In this document: positions 30,390 through 40,812 of the stretch, one piece after another
Position numbering within the stretch: the stretch's first letter is position 1
How the letters are laid out: each line of letters starts with the position of its first letter
Source of the DNA: an uncultured candidate division Zixibacteria bacterium
GTDB taxonomy: Bacteria; Zixibacteria; MSB-5A5; UBA10806
Direction of reading: 5' to 3'
NCBI GenBank assembly: GCA_963801605.1
Contig: CAWDFP010000007.1
Coordinates: 32,001 to 96,000 of the forward strand
DNA length: 64,000 bases
Made by a program: the position numbers and the translations under genes
Notes under the pieces: generated by a model
What the model saw: only the letters and a program-made list of their open reading frames with translations
The model's database searches: none
What the model was told of the DNA's origin: nothing

Positions 30390-30759
30390 TTGAGCAGGTC
30401 GGGCGGCCGCTCCCGGAACAAAACGGGGGAGGAAAGTCCGAGCTTTCAAGGGCAGGGATGCCTCGTAACACGAGGGGACCTGTGGAAATCGTAAGATCTA
30501 CATGGGTCACGGATAGCGCCACAGAAAATATACCGCCCGTAAGGGTAAGGGTGAAATGGCGGTGTAAGAGACCACCGGGATCGTCGCAAGACGATTCGCA
30601 CGGCAAGCCCCATCCGAAAGAAAGGCCAAATAAGGGGAGAGAGGTGACCCGCTTCGCTTGATCCCCGGGTAGGCCGCTTGATCCCGATGGTGACATCGGG
30701 ACCAGAGAGATGGTCGCCGACCCTAACGGGGACAGAACTCGGCTTACAGACCTGCTCAA
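30390..30759 (+). ncRNA. rnpB: RNase P RNA (type A)
   Basis: P1 TTGAGCAGGTC/GACCTGCTCAA; GAGGAAAGTCCGAGC; AGCGCCACAGAAAA; AAGGGTGAAA-GGCGGTGTAAGAGACCACC; ACAGAACTCGGCTTAC. Confidence 0.97.
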
Positions 30760-30783
30760 AATATTAAAAGGGATGTTCTTACG

Positions 30784-32521
30784 TTGAAAGCAATGGAGTT
30801 GAAATGGGTCGTGCAGCCCGAACCCGATTATAATGTCGTGGCGAGGCTGGCACGCGAACTTAATATTCCGGAGATCTCCTGCCGCATTCTGGCATCGCGC
30901 GGCTTGCAGGATCCCGCTATCGCTCAAAAATTCCTTAACTCCGGTCTTTCAGATCTATTCGATCCCTTCATGATGTCCAGTATGGATAAGGCCGTCGATC
31001 GCGTTATCCAGGCTCTCAAAGCCAACGAAAAGATCATGATCTATGGTGATTATGATGTCGATGGAATCACCGGAACCGCTCTGATGTTCCTCGTCCTAAA
31101 TCGTCTTGGCGCCTCTGTTTCTTATTACCTTCCCAATCGCTTAATCGAGGGTTATGGCATTTCCGAGGATGGACTCCAGGAAGCTGAAAAGCGTCAGATC
31201 AATCTGCTTATTTCTGTTGATTGCGGTATCACCGCCGTCGAGGAAGTCATTGCGGCCCGGAAGATGGGGATCGATTGCATTATTACCGATCACCATGAGC
31301 CGGGCGGTAAAATCCCCGAGGCGGTTGCCATGGTCAACGCCAAGCTCGATGGTCCTAACAGTCCCGGGTTTTGAGCTTTCGGCAGTTGGCGTTGCCTATA
31401 AGTTTGCCCAGGCGTTATACCGCAAATTGGGCCAGGATGAAGTTGAGCTTGAACAGCATCTTGATTTAGTTGCGCTTGGCACTGCCGCCGATATCGTCCC
31501 CATGATCGGCGAAAACCGTATTCTTACCAGATTTGGACTTCAGCAAATTGCGCGTACTACCAAGCCCGGCCTCAAAGCCTTGATCTTTATCGCCGGCCTG
31601 ATGGGCCAGAAGATCGGCACCGGCCAGGTGGTATTTATTTTGGCGCCGCGAATCAACGCTATCGGCCGTCTGGGCGATGCTCAACAGGCAATCAAGCTTC
31701 TTTCCACCAAAGACGAAAACATGGCCCATGCCATTGCGCGGATATTGAACGCCGAAAATAAAAGGCGCAAAGATATCGATGAACAAACGCTTCTCGAGGC
31801 TCTGGAGCAGATCGATCAAAGCGTCGATATCGACCGCGACCGCGCGATAGTGTTAGCCTCCAAGGGCTGGCATCAGGGCGTGATCGGTATCGTCGCCTCG
31901 CGCCTTGTGGAACGTTTCCACCGTCCGACCGTGATGATTGCCATTGATGGTCTCGAAGGGAAAGGCTCGGCCCGCTCCATTCCGGGTTTTCACCTCTATG
32001 AGGCTCTTCGCGAGTGCGAAGGTGAGCTTCTCCGTTATGGCGGACACAAATACGCCGCCGGGCTTTCTATTCTCCCCGAGAAGATCGATTCGTTCCGGCA
32101 AGCGTTGAATGTGGTTTCAGCCCGCATGCTCTCCGATGAAGACCTTATCCCCAAACTCGATATCGATGCCGAGCTTGATCTCGAAAAAATCAACGATGAT
32201 CTGGTTGTTACTCTGGAGAAGTTTTCACCCTTTGGACCAATGAATATGCGTCCTGTTTTTGTCAGTTATGGCGCCGAGATCGTCGGATCACCTCATGTGG
32301 TTGGTAATAATCATCTGCGGTTCCGAGTCAGAAAAGGCAACAAAGTCCTCGATTGTATCGGATTTAACCTCGGCGATTTCCTGAAAAATATGACTTATCA
32401 TCCGCTTTTGGTGGATATCGCCTATGTTCTCGAACACAACTACTGGAACGGCTCCAACCGCATTCAGCTCAGACTAAAGGCTGTTCGCTTGACCGGGCAA
32501 ACTCATATTACCTCGGGCTAA
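30784..32521 (+). CDS. recJ: Single-stranded-DNA exonuclease RecJ; apparent +1 frameshift near 31370
   Basis: YGDYDVDG, VDCG, ITDHH, then ELSAVGVAYK, GTAADIVP, APRINA, GSARS, GGHKYAAG; extra T in a TTTT run. Confidence 0.95.
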
Positions 32522-32590
32522 AATCTAAGTTTAATCGGCCTTGTCGAAATCCGTATTATTCGCTCGACGTCCACTTACTCTTCAAGTCCA

Positions 32591-32618
32591 TTGACAACCT
32601 ATCATAGATTAATATAAT
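32591..32618 (+). promoter_or_regulatory. Consensus sigma70 promoter
   Basis: TTGACA-16 nt-TATAAT. Confidence 0.7.
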
Positions 32619-32695
32619 ACCGCCTTAATTTAGGTCCTGGCATTGGCTAAGGTAAACGGAACCGAAACCTTAAATGTCCTGTTGTTGACAGGTAA

Positions 32696-33715
32696 GTGAT
32701 TATGAAAACGCAGTTGTCTCATAAAGAACGAATCGAACGCCTTCTAAACGGCAAGGATATTGATCGTCCCGCAATTTCCACCTGGCGTCATTTCTATCAT
32801 AGAGAAAATTCCAGTGATGATTTAGTCGAGGCCATGATCGAATTCCAGCGTAAATTCGATTGGGATTTCATGAAAATAAATCCGCGGGCTTCATATTTTG
32901 TCGAGGCTTGGGGGGCCAAGTACATACAATCCCGCGAGCCTCTTGTTAAAGCTGCCAAAATCAGTCTTCCCGTAAACAAAATCGATGATTGGTCCAAAAT
33001 TAGACCGTTGACCCCAACTTCAGGTAGCCTCGGTGAGATATTGGACGCTACCCGCAAAATAGTAAAACAGGCCGCTTCTGAGGTTCATATCGTACAAACT
33101 GTCTTTTCGCCCTTATCTATCGCAGGCGACCTGGTTGACGATGGTGATGCGCATTTTGTCCGTCTGCTTCGTGACGGGCCAAAAGAGCTGCATCGCGCTC
33201 TTGAGGCGATTACCGAAACCTTCGTTGGTTTTGTGAGAGAGCTGATGTCTACCGGTATCTCCGGTATCTTTTTCGCCACTACCGAATGGGCCAGCCGCGA
33301 TCTGATTACCGAAGAGGAATACCTGGAATTTGGACCCCAATATGATCTAGAATTGTTGAAGGCAGCCCAAACCGCTGAATTCAATATTGTGCATGTCTGC
33401 AATAAGAATAATATGTTGCCCCTGATAAAAGACTATCCCGCCCCGGTTCTGAGCTGGAATCCTTACGAGCCGGGTAATCTCTCAATTCATCAGGCTGCTC
33501 AGATTTCAGATAAGATATTCTTAACTGGAATGGATCAAAACATAGCCCTTCTCAACGGGCCATCGGAGATAATAACAAAACAGATCGAGGAGGCGTTGCG
33601 TGATGCTCCCTTGGGACGGCTTATTCTTGGGCCGGGATGTGCCTTGAAAGTCAGCACTCCCGATAAACATCTTCAAACTGCGGTTGATACCGTGCAAAAA
33701 TGGAAAGAATTATGA
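32696..33715 (+). CDS. Uroporphyrinogen decarboxylase-like (URO-D/MtaA-CmuA superfamily) protein
   Basis: DRP...WRHF, QTVFSP, IVHVC, LILGPGC; lacks the HemE RQAGR motif. Confidence 0.75.
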   Translation: MIMKTQLSHKERIERLLNGKDIDRPAISTWRHFYHRENSSDDLVEAMIEFQRKFDWDFMKINPRASYFVEAWGAKYIQSREPLVKAAKISLPVNKIDDWSKIRPLTPTSGSLGEILDATRKIVKQAASEVHIVQTVFSPLSIAGDLVDDGDAHFVRLLRDGPKELHRALEAITETFVGFVRELMSTGISGIFFATTEWASRDLITEEEYLEFGPQYDLELLKAAQTAEFNIVHVCNKNNMLPLIKDYPAPVLSWNPYEPGNLSIHQAAQISDKIFLTGMDQNIALLNGPSEIITKQIEEALRDAPLGRLILGPGCALKVSTPDKHLQTAVDTVQKWKEL

Positions 33716-34185
33716 AAGACGAATTTCTATCCGGATTGTCTGCTGAACAAATACTTGAATTAGCCGATGATTTTATCAAAACCGCTACCAATTCTCATTC
33801 TGCTATGGAAAGCATAGTCAGCTTGTTGAAAGCAAGTATACCGCATTATAATTGGGTCGGTTTTTATCTATTAAATGATGGCAACATGCTTGAGCTAGGG
33901 CCGTTTCGAGGCGAGCCGTCGCCTCACGCGGTTATTCCAGTCGAAAGCGGAATTTGTGGCGCTGCGGTCCGCGAGAAACAAACTATTATCGTTCCTGACG
34001 TAAATGCTGATCCTCGATTTCTGGCCTGCTCGCTATGTACCCGTTCTGAAATTGTAGTCCCTATCAAACGCGGCGACGATGTGCTTGGCGAAATTGATAT
34101 CGATTCCGATACGCCGGACGCTTTCAAGGATCAGGATCGATTATTGCTGGAATCGATTGCGATGAAAATCGCTGATATCCTATAG
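33700..34185 (+). CDS. msrC: GAF-domain free methionine-R-sulfoxide reductase-like protein
   Basis: NWVGFYL, LGPF.G, GICG, FLACS..TRSEIVVP, EIDIDS; start could be 33712. Confidence 0.82.
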   Translation: MERIMKDEFLSGLSAEQILELADDFIKTATNSHSAMESIVSLLKASIPHYNWVGFYLLNDGNMLELGPFRGEPSPHAVIPVESGICGAAVREKQTIIVPDVNADPRFLACSLCTRSEIVVPIKRGDDVLGEIDIDSDTPDAFKDQDRLLLESIAMKIADIL

Positions 34186-34417
34186 TCAATATTTATCCCA
34201 CTAATCATAACTCGTATAAATGATGCCATGATTCTGCGTGTCCCGAATTTTAATCGAGGCCTTTCGGTCTAATAAATCGAAAGCAGGAAATCTAATTGGG
34301 GCTGGGTCCCCCTTCAATCTGGGTGAGATGCTTTCTGAGGTTCCTTGCACAGAAGTAAGCATACTTTTGGCCACAATGCTCTTGCCGGAAATGACGGCTT
34401 TCTCTATATTCAACCTC

Positions 34418-34504
34418 GGAGAGGTGCCTGAGCGGTCGAAAGGGGCGGTCTCGAAAACCGTTGAGCCTGTGAGGGCTCCCAGGGTTCGAATCCCTGCCTC
34501 TCCG
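34418..34504 (+). tRNA. tRNA-Ser(CGA), long variable arm, CCA not encoded
   Basis: Acceptor GGAGAGG/CCTCTCC, anticodon arm GCGGT-CT-CGA-AA-ACCGT; TTGCCG-17-TATATT promoter immediately upstream. Confidence 0.96.
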
Positions 34505-34631
34505 GATTGAATCGTCACAAGTATTAAGTATATGTTTATTTGAATATGATTGACCTTTTCGCATTTCGCATTATCTTAACAATCGTAGTAAGTTTTGATT
34601 ACTATTAGCAATACGCTTAAGGGAGGATGTT

Positions 34632-35078
34632 ATGGGGTTTGTGGATGATCTGACAAAAACGCAGGCCGAAGTACTCGAGGCTATTGACGGCCTTACCGCC
34701 GAGGAAATGACCCGGGAAAACGCCATTGGAAAATGGTCGGTTAGGGATATTATCCTGCACATGGCTATGTGGGATGGCGAGGCTCTCAAAGGTTTTGCTA
34801 TCTGGCGAACCGGCCACGACGTTGATTGGGCTTATACCGAAAGTTATCTCAAGTTCAACGAATTCTGGCATGAAAATCTTAAGAAACTTTCATTAAATCA
34901 AGTTATTCAAATGTTCAATCTGACACGCCACGCCCTTATTAACGATATCTCAGCCGTATCTGCCGAGGTTTGGGAAAAGCGCGGTGGTATTCCGTCCTGG
35001 CTGCCGGGCATAATAATAAAGCATGGGAATCATCATATTGAGAAACTTCAGGCCTATAAAAAATCGTTAAGTAAGTAG
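34632..35078 (+). CDS. DinB/ClbS-DfsB-like four-helix bundle protein
   Basis: GKWSVRDIILHMAMWD...KHGNHH; SD GGAGG. Confidence 0.75.
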   Translation: MGFVDDLTKTQAEVLEAIDGLTAEEMTRENAIGKWSVRDIILHMAMWDGEALKGFAIWRTGHDVDWAYTESYLKFNEFWHENLKKLSLNQVIQMFNLTRHALINDISAVSAEVWEKRGGIPSWLPGIIIKHGNHHIEKLQAYKKSLSK

Positions 35079-35170
35079 CAAATTAACCGATTGTTCGAAA
35101 ACCTTACTCGGAGAGCCCAATAATCGAGTCCTGAGAAATGCGGCCGATTAATACCATAACTTAAGAATAT

Positions 35171-36688
35171 ATGTTTAAGAGAATTCTTATTGCCAACAGA
35201 GGCGAAATCGCGGTCAGAATAATACGAGCTTGCCGCGATCTTAATATTACATCCATTGCAGTATTCTCGGACGCGGACCGAGCCTCTTTGCATGTCAGGC
35301 TGGCGGATGAGGCCTACCCGATTGGCCCGGCGCCATCTTTGGATTCTTATCTCGTCATGTATAAAATTATCGAGACCGCTCAAAGAGCGCATGCCGATGC
35401 TATTCATCCCGGATACGGATTTCTATCGGAAAACGCTGTCTTTGCCGAGGCCTGTAGCCGAGCAGGTATAGTTTTCATCGGGCCGCCGCCGGATGCTATC
35501 AGAACTTTAGGTGATAAAATGGCCGCGCGCAAGATGATGAAACAAGCCGGTGTCCCGATCGTTCCCGGTACCGAGGACCCCATTGAGGATGAAATCGGTA
35601 CAATCAAGATTGCCGAGTGGATCGGTTACCCGATTCTGATAAAGGCCGCTGCGGGCGGTGGCGGTAAAGGGATGAGGGTGGTAAATGAAAAGTCGGAAAT
35701 TAAATCGGCGGTGCGTGCGGCGCGATCCGAGGCTAAATCGGCTTTTGGCGATGATCGCATTTATGTCGAAAAATATCTACCGCGTCCCCGTCACATCGAA
35801 ATTCAGATTATTGCTGATGCCCATGGTAATTATGTCTATCTCGGCGAACGCGAATGTTCAATCCAACGCCGTCACCAAAAGGTTATTGAGGAAGCTCCCA
35901 GCCCGCTCGTGGACAGCGCCATGCGGGCTAAAATGGGCAAGGCCGCTGTATCGGCCGCCCGCATTGCCGGATATGTTAATGCCGGCACGATTGAGTTTTT
36001 GGCTGACGACAAAAAGAATTTCTATTTTTTGGAGGTCAATACCCGACTGCAGGTTGAACATCCGGTAACGGAGCTTGTAACGGGGATCGATCTGGCGGTT
36101 GAGCAAATCAGAATAGCCGCGGGGGAGAAGTTATCATTCGATCAATCTGATATCGAAATAAAAGGCCACGCCCTCGAATGCCGTATTTACGCCGAGGACG
36201 CCTCATCCAGTTTTTTACCGTCTACGGGCAATATCAGCTTCTATCAGGAACCTGGAGGGCCCGGCGTGCGAGTCGATTCCGGTGTTTATGAAGGCGCCGA
36301 AATTTCGGTATATTACGATCCCATGATCGCCAAACTTTTGTCTTATGGAAAAGACCGCTCTCAGGCCATTGCCAGAATGCTTCGCGCCCTGAATGAATTT
36401 CATATAGCGGGAGTGACCACCAATATTAACTTCCATAAGACTATCTTAAGTCATCCTGAGTTTGTAGCGGGACATCTTACCACTCGGTTTATTGAACACT
36501 ATTATAAGCCCGCTGACGAAACTTCGGAGCCTTTATTGAATTCCATTGCCCTGGCTGCTGCCTTGGCCGAACATCAGACTCGCACTAAATTCTCTGCGTC
36601 CGTAAATCTCAAACAGCAGACATCTAAGTGGAAATCTAGCAATCGGTTACAGGCATTTAATAATGTATCGCATAAAGGCTGGAAATGA
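35171..36688 (+). CDS. accC: Biotin carboxylase subunit of an acyl-CoA carboxylase
   Basis: IANRGEIA, HPGYGFLSEN, GGGGKGM, ERECSIQRRHQK, EVNTRLQVEH, YDPMIAK. Confidence 0.95.
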   Translation: MFKRILIANRGEIAVRIIRACRDLNITSIAVFSDADRASLHVRLADEAYPIGPAPSLDSYLVMYKIIETAQRAHADAIHPGYGFLSENAVFAEACSRAGIVFIGPPPDAIRTLGDKMAARKMMKQAGVPIVPGTEDPIEDEIGTIKIAEWIGYPILIKAAAGGGGKGMRVVNEKSEIKSAVRAARSEAKSAFGDDRIYVEKYLPRPRHIEIQIIADAHGNYVYLGERECSIQRRHQKVIEEAPSPLVDSAMRAKMGKAAVSAARIAGYVNAGTIEFLADDKKNFYFLEVNTRLQVEHPVTELVTGIDLAVEQIRIAAGEKLSFDQSDIEIKGHALECRIYAEDASSSFLPSTGNISFYQEPGGPGVRVDSGVYEGAEISVYYDPMIAKLLSYGKDRSQAIARMLRALNEFHIAGVTTNINFHKTILSHPEFVAGHLTTRFIEHYYKPADETSEPLLNSIALAAALAEHQTRTKFSASVNLKQQTSKWKSSNRLQAFNNVSHKGWK

Positions 36689-37185
36689 TCTATCTGATCA
36701 CCATTGGCGATAAAAAATACGAAATTTCTATCGACGGCGATCTCTCGTCGATAAAGATTAATAACCGGGACGTTAACGTTGATTATCGTCTACTAAGAGG
36801 CGGTAAGCTGCATTCAATTCTTGCCAATCATATCGGTCATGAATTTGCCTTAACGCGTACTGATGGTGGTTTCGAGGCCTGGCACGGTTCCCGGCAATTG
36901 CATATCGAAGTTAGCGATGAAAAAACCGAACGATTTAAAAGCCTGATGGGTGGTATTAAAGGCGCGGCCAGGGCCGAATCGCTTAAAGCCCCAATGCCCG
37001 GTTTAATCCTGAAAGTCGAAATCGAAGTTGGACAGAGTATCAAGAAGGGGGATGGGCTTATCATTATCGAGGCTATGAAAATGGAAAATGAATTGAAAGC
37101 CCATAGTTCCGGTATTATCAAAGAAATCAAAGTAAAGCCCGGCCAGCCCGTCGAAAAGAATCAGGTTCTGATAGTTTTTGAGTGA
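36685..37185 (+). CDS. Biotin carboxyl carrier protein
   Basis: APMPG...EAMKMENE biotinylation motif. Confidence 0.93.
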   Translation: MIYLITIGDKKYEISIDGDLSSIKINNRDVNVDYRLLRGGKLHSILANHIGHEFALTRTDGGFEAWHGSRQLHIEVSDEKTERFKSLMGGIKGAARAESLKAPMPGLILKVEIEVGQSIKKGDGLIIIEAMKMENELKAHSSGIIKEIKVKPGQPVEKNQVLIVFE

Positions 37186-37331
37186 TCCTTTAGTTCTTCA
37201 TGCTAATTTAATCACATATAGATATTTTGCGAAATATTATTTAATTCACTTCTTGACTTGTAATATCCGAAGCAATATTTTATGCGAAAATTAATATAGA
37301 ATTCGCGAAAACATTTTTAAAGGAGGAGGAC

Positions 37332-37934
37332 GTGAAACGTTTCATTCTAACATTAAGCATTATAGCGGTCGGCTTGATGCTTGTTAGCCCCGCTATAGCT
37401 CAGGATACGAAGAAAGCCCCTACCCAGGAAGAAATGATGGCGTCTTACATGAAGTATGCGACTCCAGGGCCATTCCATAAATATCTGGATCCGTTGGTTG
37501 GCAGTTGGGATTGCACCGCTACGATGTGGGAAGACCCCAGCGCTCCGCCATCGGTATCCAAAGCCACCAGCGAAAAGAAATGGGTGCTTGGCGGACGGTT
37601 TGTTCAGGAGGATGCCTCTGGTGAGATGAATGGGATGCCCTTCCACGGTATTGGCATGACCGGTTATGATAATATATCCAAAAAGTTTAACTTTATCTGG
37701 TTGGATGAAATGGCAACCTCAATGATGTATATAACCGGCGACTGTGATTCTACCGGCAAAGTTATTACCATGTTCGGAAACTACACCGATCCCATGTCCA
37801 ACATGCAGGAAAAGAAATTCAAATCGGTCTTACGCATCATCGATAACGATCATCATGCTTTTGAAATGTACAACATCGGACCCGACGGTAAAGATGTCAA
37901 AACTTTCGAACTCGCTTACACTCGCAAAAAATAG
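37332..37934 (+). CDS. Secreted DUF1579 family protein
   Basis: Signal peptide; TPGP.H..L..LVG.W, LGGRF, F.G.G..GYDN...KF...W.D; SD AGGAGG. Confidence 0.82.
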   Translation: MKRFILTLSIIAVGLMLVSPAIAQDTKKAPTQEEMMASYMKYATPGPFHKYLDPLVGSWDCTATMWEDPSAPPSVSKATSEKKWVLGGRFVQEDASGEMNGMPFHGIGMTGYDNISKKFNFIWLDEMATSMMYITGDCDSTGKVITMFGNYTDPMSNMQEKKFKSVLRIIDNDHHAFEMYNIGPDGKDVKTFELAYTRKK

Positions 37935-37971
37935 TATATCGAATAAAATCCGGTAAACGATAGTTCCTGAT

Positions 37972-38022
37972 TCGGCCCGAAGACCCGTCTTATACTAACG
38001 GGATTTCCGGGCCGATTTGTTT
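37972..38022 (+). terminator. Intrinsic terminator-like hairpin
   Basis: TCGGCCCG...CGGGCCGA stem with inner CCCGT/ACGGG, followed by TTTGTTT. Confidence 0.55.
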
Positions 38023-38161
38023 CTAAAATTAATAGAAATATTTCCTTAATTAATTAGCCTTTCCATACCCACTTTTGTTTGAACTTAGTACGCCCAATCT
38101 TAGTTATTAAAAACAAATATCAATAAGAACGATTCATCCTTAATAGAGAATTCGAGGATAT

Positions 38162-39643
38162 ATGGCAGTCAAAGATAGACCGAAAACTCTTGGAGAGTTG
38201 AGAAAAACGGGATGGCACAGCAAGTCAGTAAAAGAGGAGTTGCGTCAAAACCTTCTTAAAAGGATAAAATCCGGCAAACCGATTTTCGACGGCATAATCG
38301 GTTACGAGAGAACCGTGGTGCCTCAACTCGAAAATGCCATTCTTTCAAAACATAATTTTATTCTCCTGGGGTTGCGTGGCCAGGCCAAAAGCCGGATCAT
38401 CAGGCAGCTTTTCACTTTGCTTGACGACTTTATCCCGATTATTCCCGGAACGCTTCTGAACGAGGACCCTCTCAACCCGATTTCGCCCAAAGGAAAGAGA
38501 ATGGTGGATGAGTGCGGCGACTCAATGCAGATCGAATGGCTTCCGGCCGAGGCGCGGTATCATGAAAAACTGGCAACACCCGATGTTTCAATCGCCGATC
38601 TCATTGGTGATATAGACCCCATCAAGGCTGCCCGCGAAAAACTGGATATCTCGAATGAGGAAGTTATCCATTGGGGTATAGTTCCCCGCACCAACCGCGG
38701 AATATTTGCCATTAATGAGCTTCCTGACTTGCAGCCCCGTATCCAGGTTGGCTTGCTTAATATTCTTGAGGAAAACGATATTCAGGTCAGAGGATTTCCG
38801 CTTCGGGTGCCGCTTGACATGCTTCTGGTTTTTACCGCCAACCCCGAGGATTATACCAACCGCGGTAATATCATAACCCCGCTCAAAGATAGAATCGATT
38901 CGCAAATCATCACCCATTATCCGCGTTCTATCGATGAGGGCAAGCGCATTACCGAGCATGAGATCACGCATAAAGGTGTAGGGGCCGCTATTCCGGAATT
39001 CATTCGCGACTTGATTGAAGAGGTTTCTTTCCAGGCCAGGTCCAGCGAATTTGTCAATCAGGCATCCGGTGTATCGGCCAGGGTCTCGATTTCTGCCTAT
39101 GAGAATTTCCTGTCGAATATCGAGCGCCGTGTTCTCATAAACAACGACAATGACTACTTCCCCAGAATGTGCGATATCTATTCAATTATCCCCTCGATAA
39201 CCGGAAAGATCGAACTGGTATATGAGGGCGAGCAGGAAGGCTCGGTGCTGGTTAGTTATAATTTGATTGGCGCTGCGATTAAGAGCGTATTTTCGAGATA
39301 TTTTCCCAAACCCATCAAGGATAAAAGCCGGATGGATAAGGGAGAGGATGATAATCCGTTCGAGGCGATCACTGATTACTTTTCATCGGGAAAGAAGCTC
39401 GAGCTGTCTGATTATATGCCGTTTCCCGAATATAAAAAACGGTTGGAGGCTGTCAGCGGTTTGCGGCAGGTAATCACAAAATATTTCAACACCGATAACG
39501 ATCGTGAATTCCTGTTGCGCATGGAGTTTGTGCTTGAGGCGCTGCATCAAAACAATATGATTTCACGCGAGGTTCATGACGCTGTTATTCAATACTCCGA
39601 TCTATTCTCCAAGATGCTTAGCGGCATGGGAGGCCTGCAATGA
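38162..39643 (+). CDS. Magnesium-chelatase-like AAA+ ATPase
   Basis: LGLRGQAKSR, EKLATPD, AINELPDL, TANPEDYTNRG.IITPLKDR. Confidence 0.88.
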   Translation: MAVKDRPKTLGELRKTGWHSKSVKEELRQNLLKRIKSGKPIFDGIIGYERTVVPQLENAILSKHNFILLGLRGQAKSRIIRQLFTLLDDFIPIIPGTLLNEDPLNPISPKGKRMVDECGDSMQIEWLPAEARYHEKLATPDVSIADLIGDIDPIKAAREKLDISNEEVIHWGIVPRTNRGIFAINELPDLQPRIQVGLLNILEENDIQVRGFPLRVPLDMLLVFTANPEDYTNRGNIITPLKDRIDSQIITHYPRSIDEGKRITEHEITHKGVGAAIPEFIRDLIEEVSFQARSSEFVNQASGVSARVSISAYENFLSNIERRVLINNDNDYFPRMCDIYSIIPSITGKIELVYEGEQEGSVLVSYNLIGAAIKSVFSRYFPKPIKDKSRMDKGEDDNPFEAITDYFSSGKKLELSDYMPFPEYKKRLEAVSGLRQVITKYFNTDNDREFLLRMEFVLEALHQNNMISREVHDAVIQYSDLFSKMLSGMGGLQ

Positions 39644-40734
39644 AATTTGTATATTCGCAATGGGACGATGAGTTTTATCAGCATCTCAAACAACTCAGCG
39701 ACTTGATGGCGATATTTAATTATCTGCTGGTCAGAACCAACGGTGATGTTGAAGAAACTTTCAAGATCATGCAAAAACTGCAGCGCGAGGGCTTGATCGA
39801 TCCCGGTTTCGATCTCGGAGAGTTTAAGAAGCAGCTTCAGGAAAACAACATGATCCAGAATTCCCAGGCAGGCTTGAAACTGACCTCCAAGGGCGAGCAG
39901 AGCATCCGTCAGGACGCTTTTGAACTTGTATTTAAAAAGATGAAAGGATCGGGCAAGGGCCAGCATCTTCTACCGTATGAGGGCGGCTCCAGTGACGAGT
40001 GGCTTCCTGAAAAGCGATCCTACAAATTCGGCGATAATTTTCAGGCGATTGACTATAGCGCCTCGCTCCTTAATTCAATTACCCGCAATAACGATTTCAA
40101 TTTCGATCTAAATGAAAAGGATTTGGAAGTATTCGAGTCGGAACGCACCTCGTCCTGCGCTACGGTCTTGATGATTGATATTTCTCATTCGATGATTCTC
40201 TATGGAGAGGACCGCATTACGCCTGCTAAAAAAGTGGCTATGGCATTTACGGAGCTTATACTGACTAAATATCCCAAAGACGATTTATCAGTGGTTCTTT
40301 TTGGGGATGATGCCAGGGAGGTCAAGATCAAAGACCTGCCATATATCAGCGTCGGGCCGTTCTATACCAATACTCAGGCCGGTTTGCGATTGGCCAGACA
40401 AATCCTTATGACAAAAAAGCATGTTAATAAACAAATCTTTATGATAACCGACGGCAAACCATCGATGATTATTCGTGCCAATGGTCAGATATATCGAAAT
40501 CCTGCCGGGCTGGATCCTATGATTGTAAATCGTACGCTTGATGAAGCGGTTATCTGCCGTAAAAAGAAAATTACGATTACCACTTTTATGGTTACCGACG
40601 ATTCATACCTGCAAACTTTCGTTCAAAAACTGACCGAGCTTAACAAGGGACGAGCTTACTTTTCGTCGGTTGATAACCTTGGCAGTTATATTCTTTGGGA
40701 TTTTGTATCCAACCGCAGAAAAAAGTATAGCTAA
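39640..40734 (+). CDS. vWA domain protein (partner of the AAA+ ATPase)
   Basis: MIDAS DISHS, YTNT, ITDGKP; ATGA overlap with the ATPase. Confidence 0.88.
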   Translation: MKFVYSQWDDEFYQHLKQLSDLMAIFNYLLVRTNGDVEETFKIMQKLQREGLIDPGFDLGEFKKQLQENNMIQNSQAGLKLTSKGEQSIRQDAFELVFKKMKGSGKGQHLLPYEGGSSDEWLPEKRSYKFGDNFQAIDYSASLLNSITRNNDFNFDLNEKDLEVFESERTSSCATVLMIDISHSMILYGEDRITPAKKVAMAFTELILTKYPKDDLSVVLFGDDAREVKIKDLPYISVGPFYTNTQAGLRLARQILMTKKHVNKQIFMITDGKPSMIIRANGQIYRNPAGLDPMIVNRTLDEAVICRKKKITITTFMVTDDSYLQTFVQKLTELNKGRAYFSSVDNLGSYILWDFVSNRRKKYS

Positions 40735-40757
40735 AGTTATAATTAGCTTAAAATGAA

Positions 40758-40785
40758 AACGGCTGCATTCAATAACACAGCCGTT
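40758..40785. terminator. Probable bidirectional terminator
   Basis: AACGGCTG-12 nt-CAGCCGTT between convergent genes with A/T-rich flanks. Confidence 0.5.
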
Positions 40786-40812
40786 ATTTCTTATAACCTG
40801 CAATTGCTTTTA

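Noticed and set aside
30085..30927. 280-aa minus-strand ORF and 131-aa plus-strand ORF at 30266-30661
   Set aside because: Shadow ORFs over rnpB, lemA and recJ with no protein motifs.
34201..34400. Hairpin ATGCTTTCTG/CAGAAGTAAGCAT and short minus-strand ORFs before tRNA-Ser
   Set aside because: One imperfect stem with no supporting motif; the ORFs overlap the tRNA or lack start signals.
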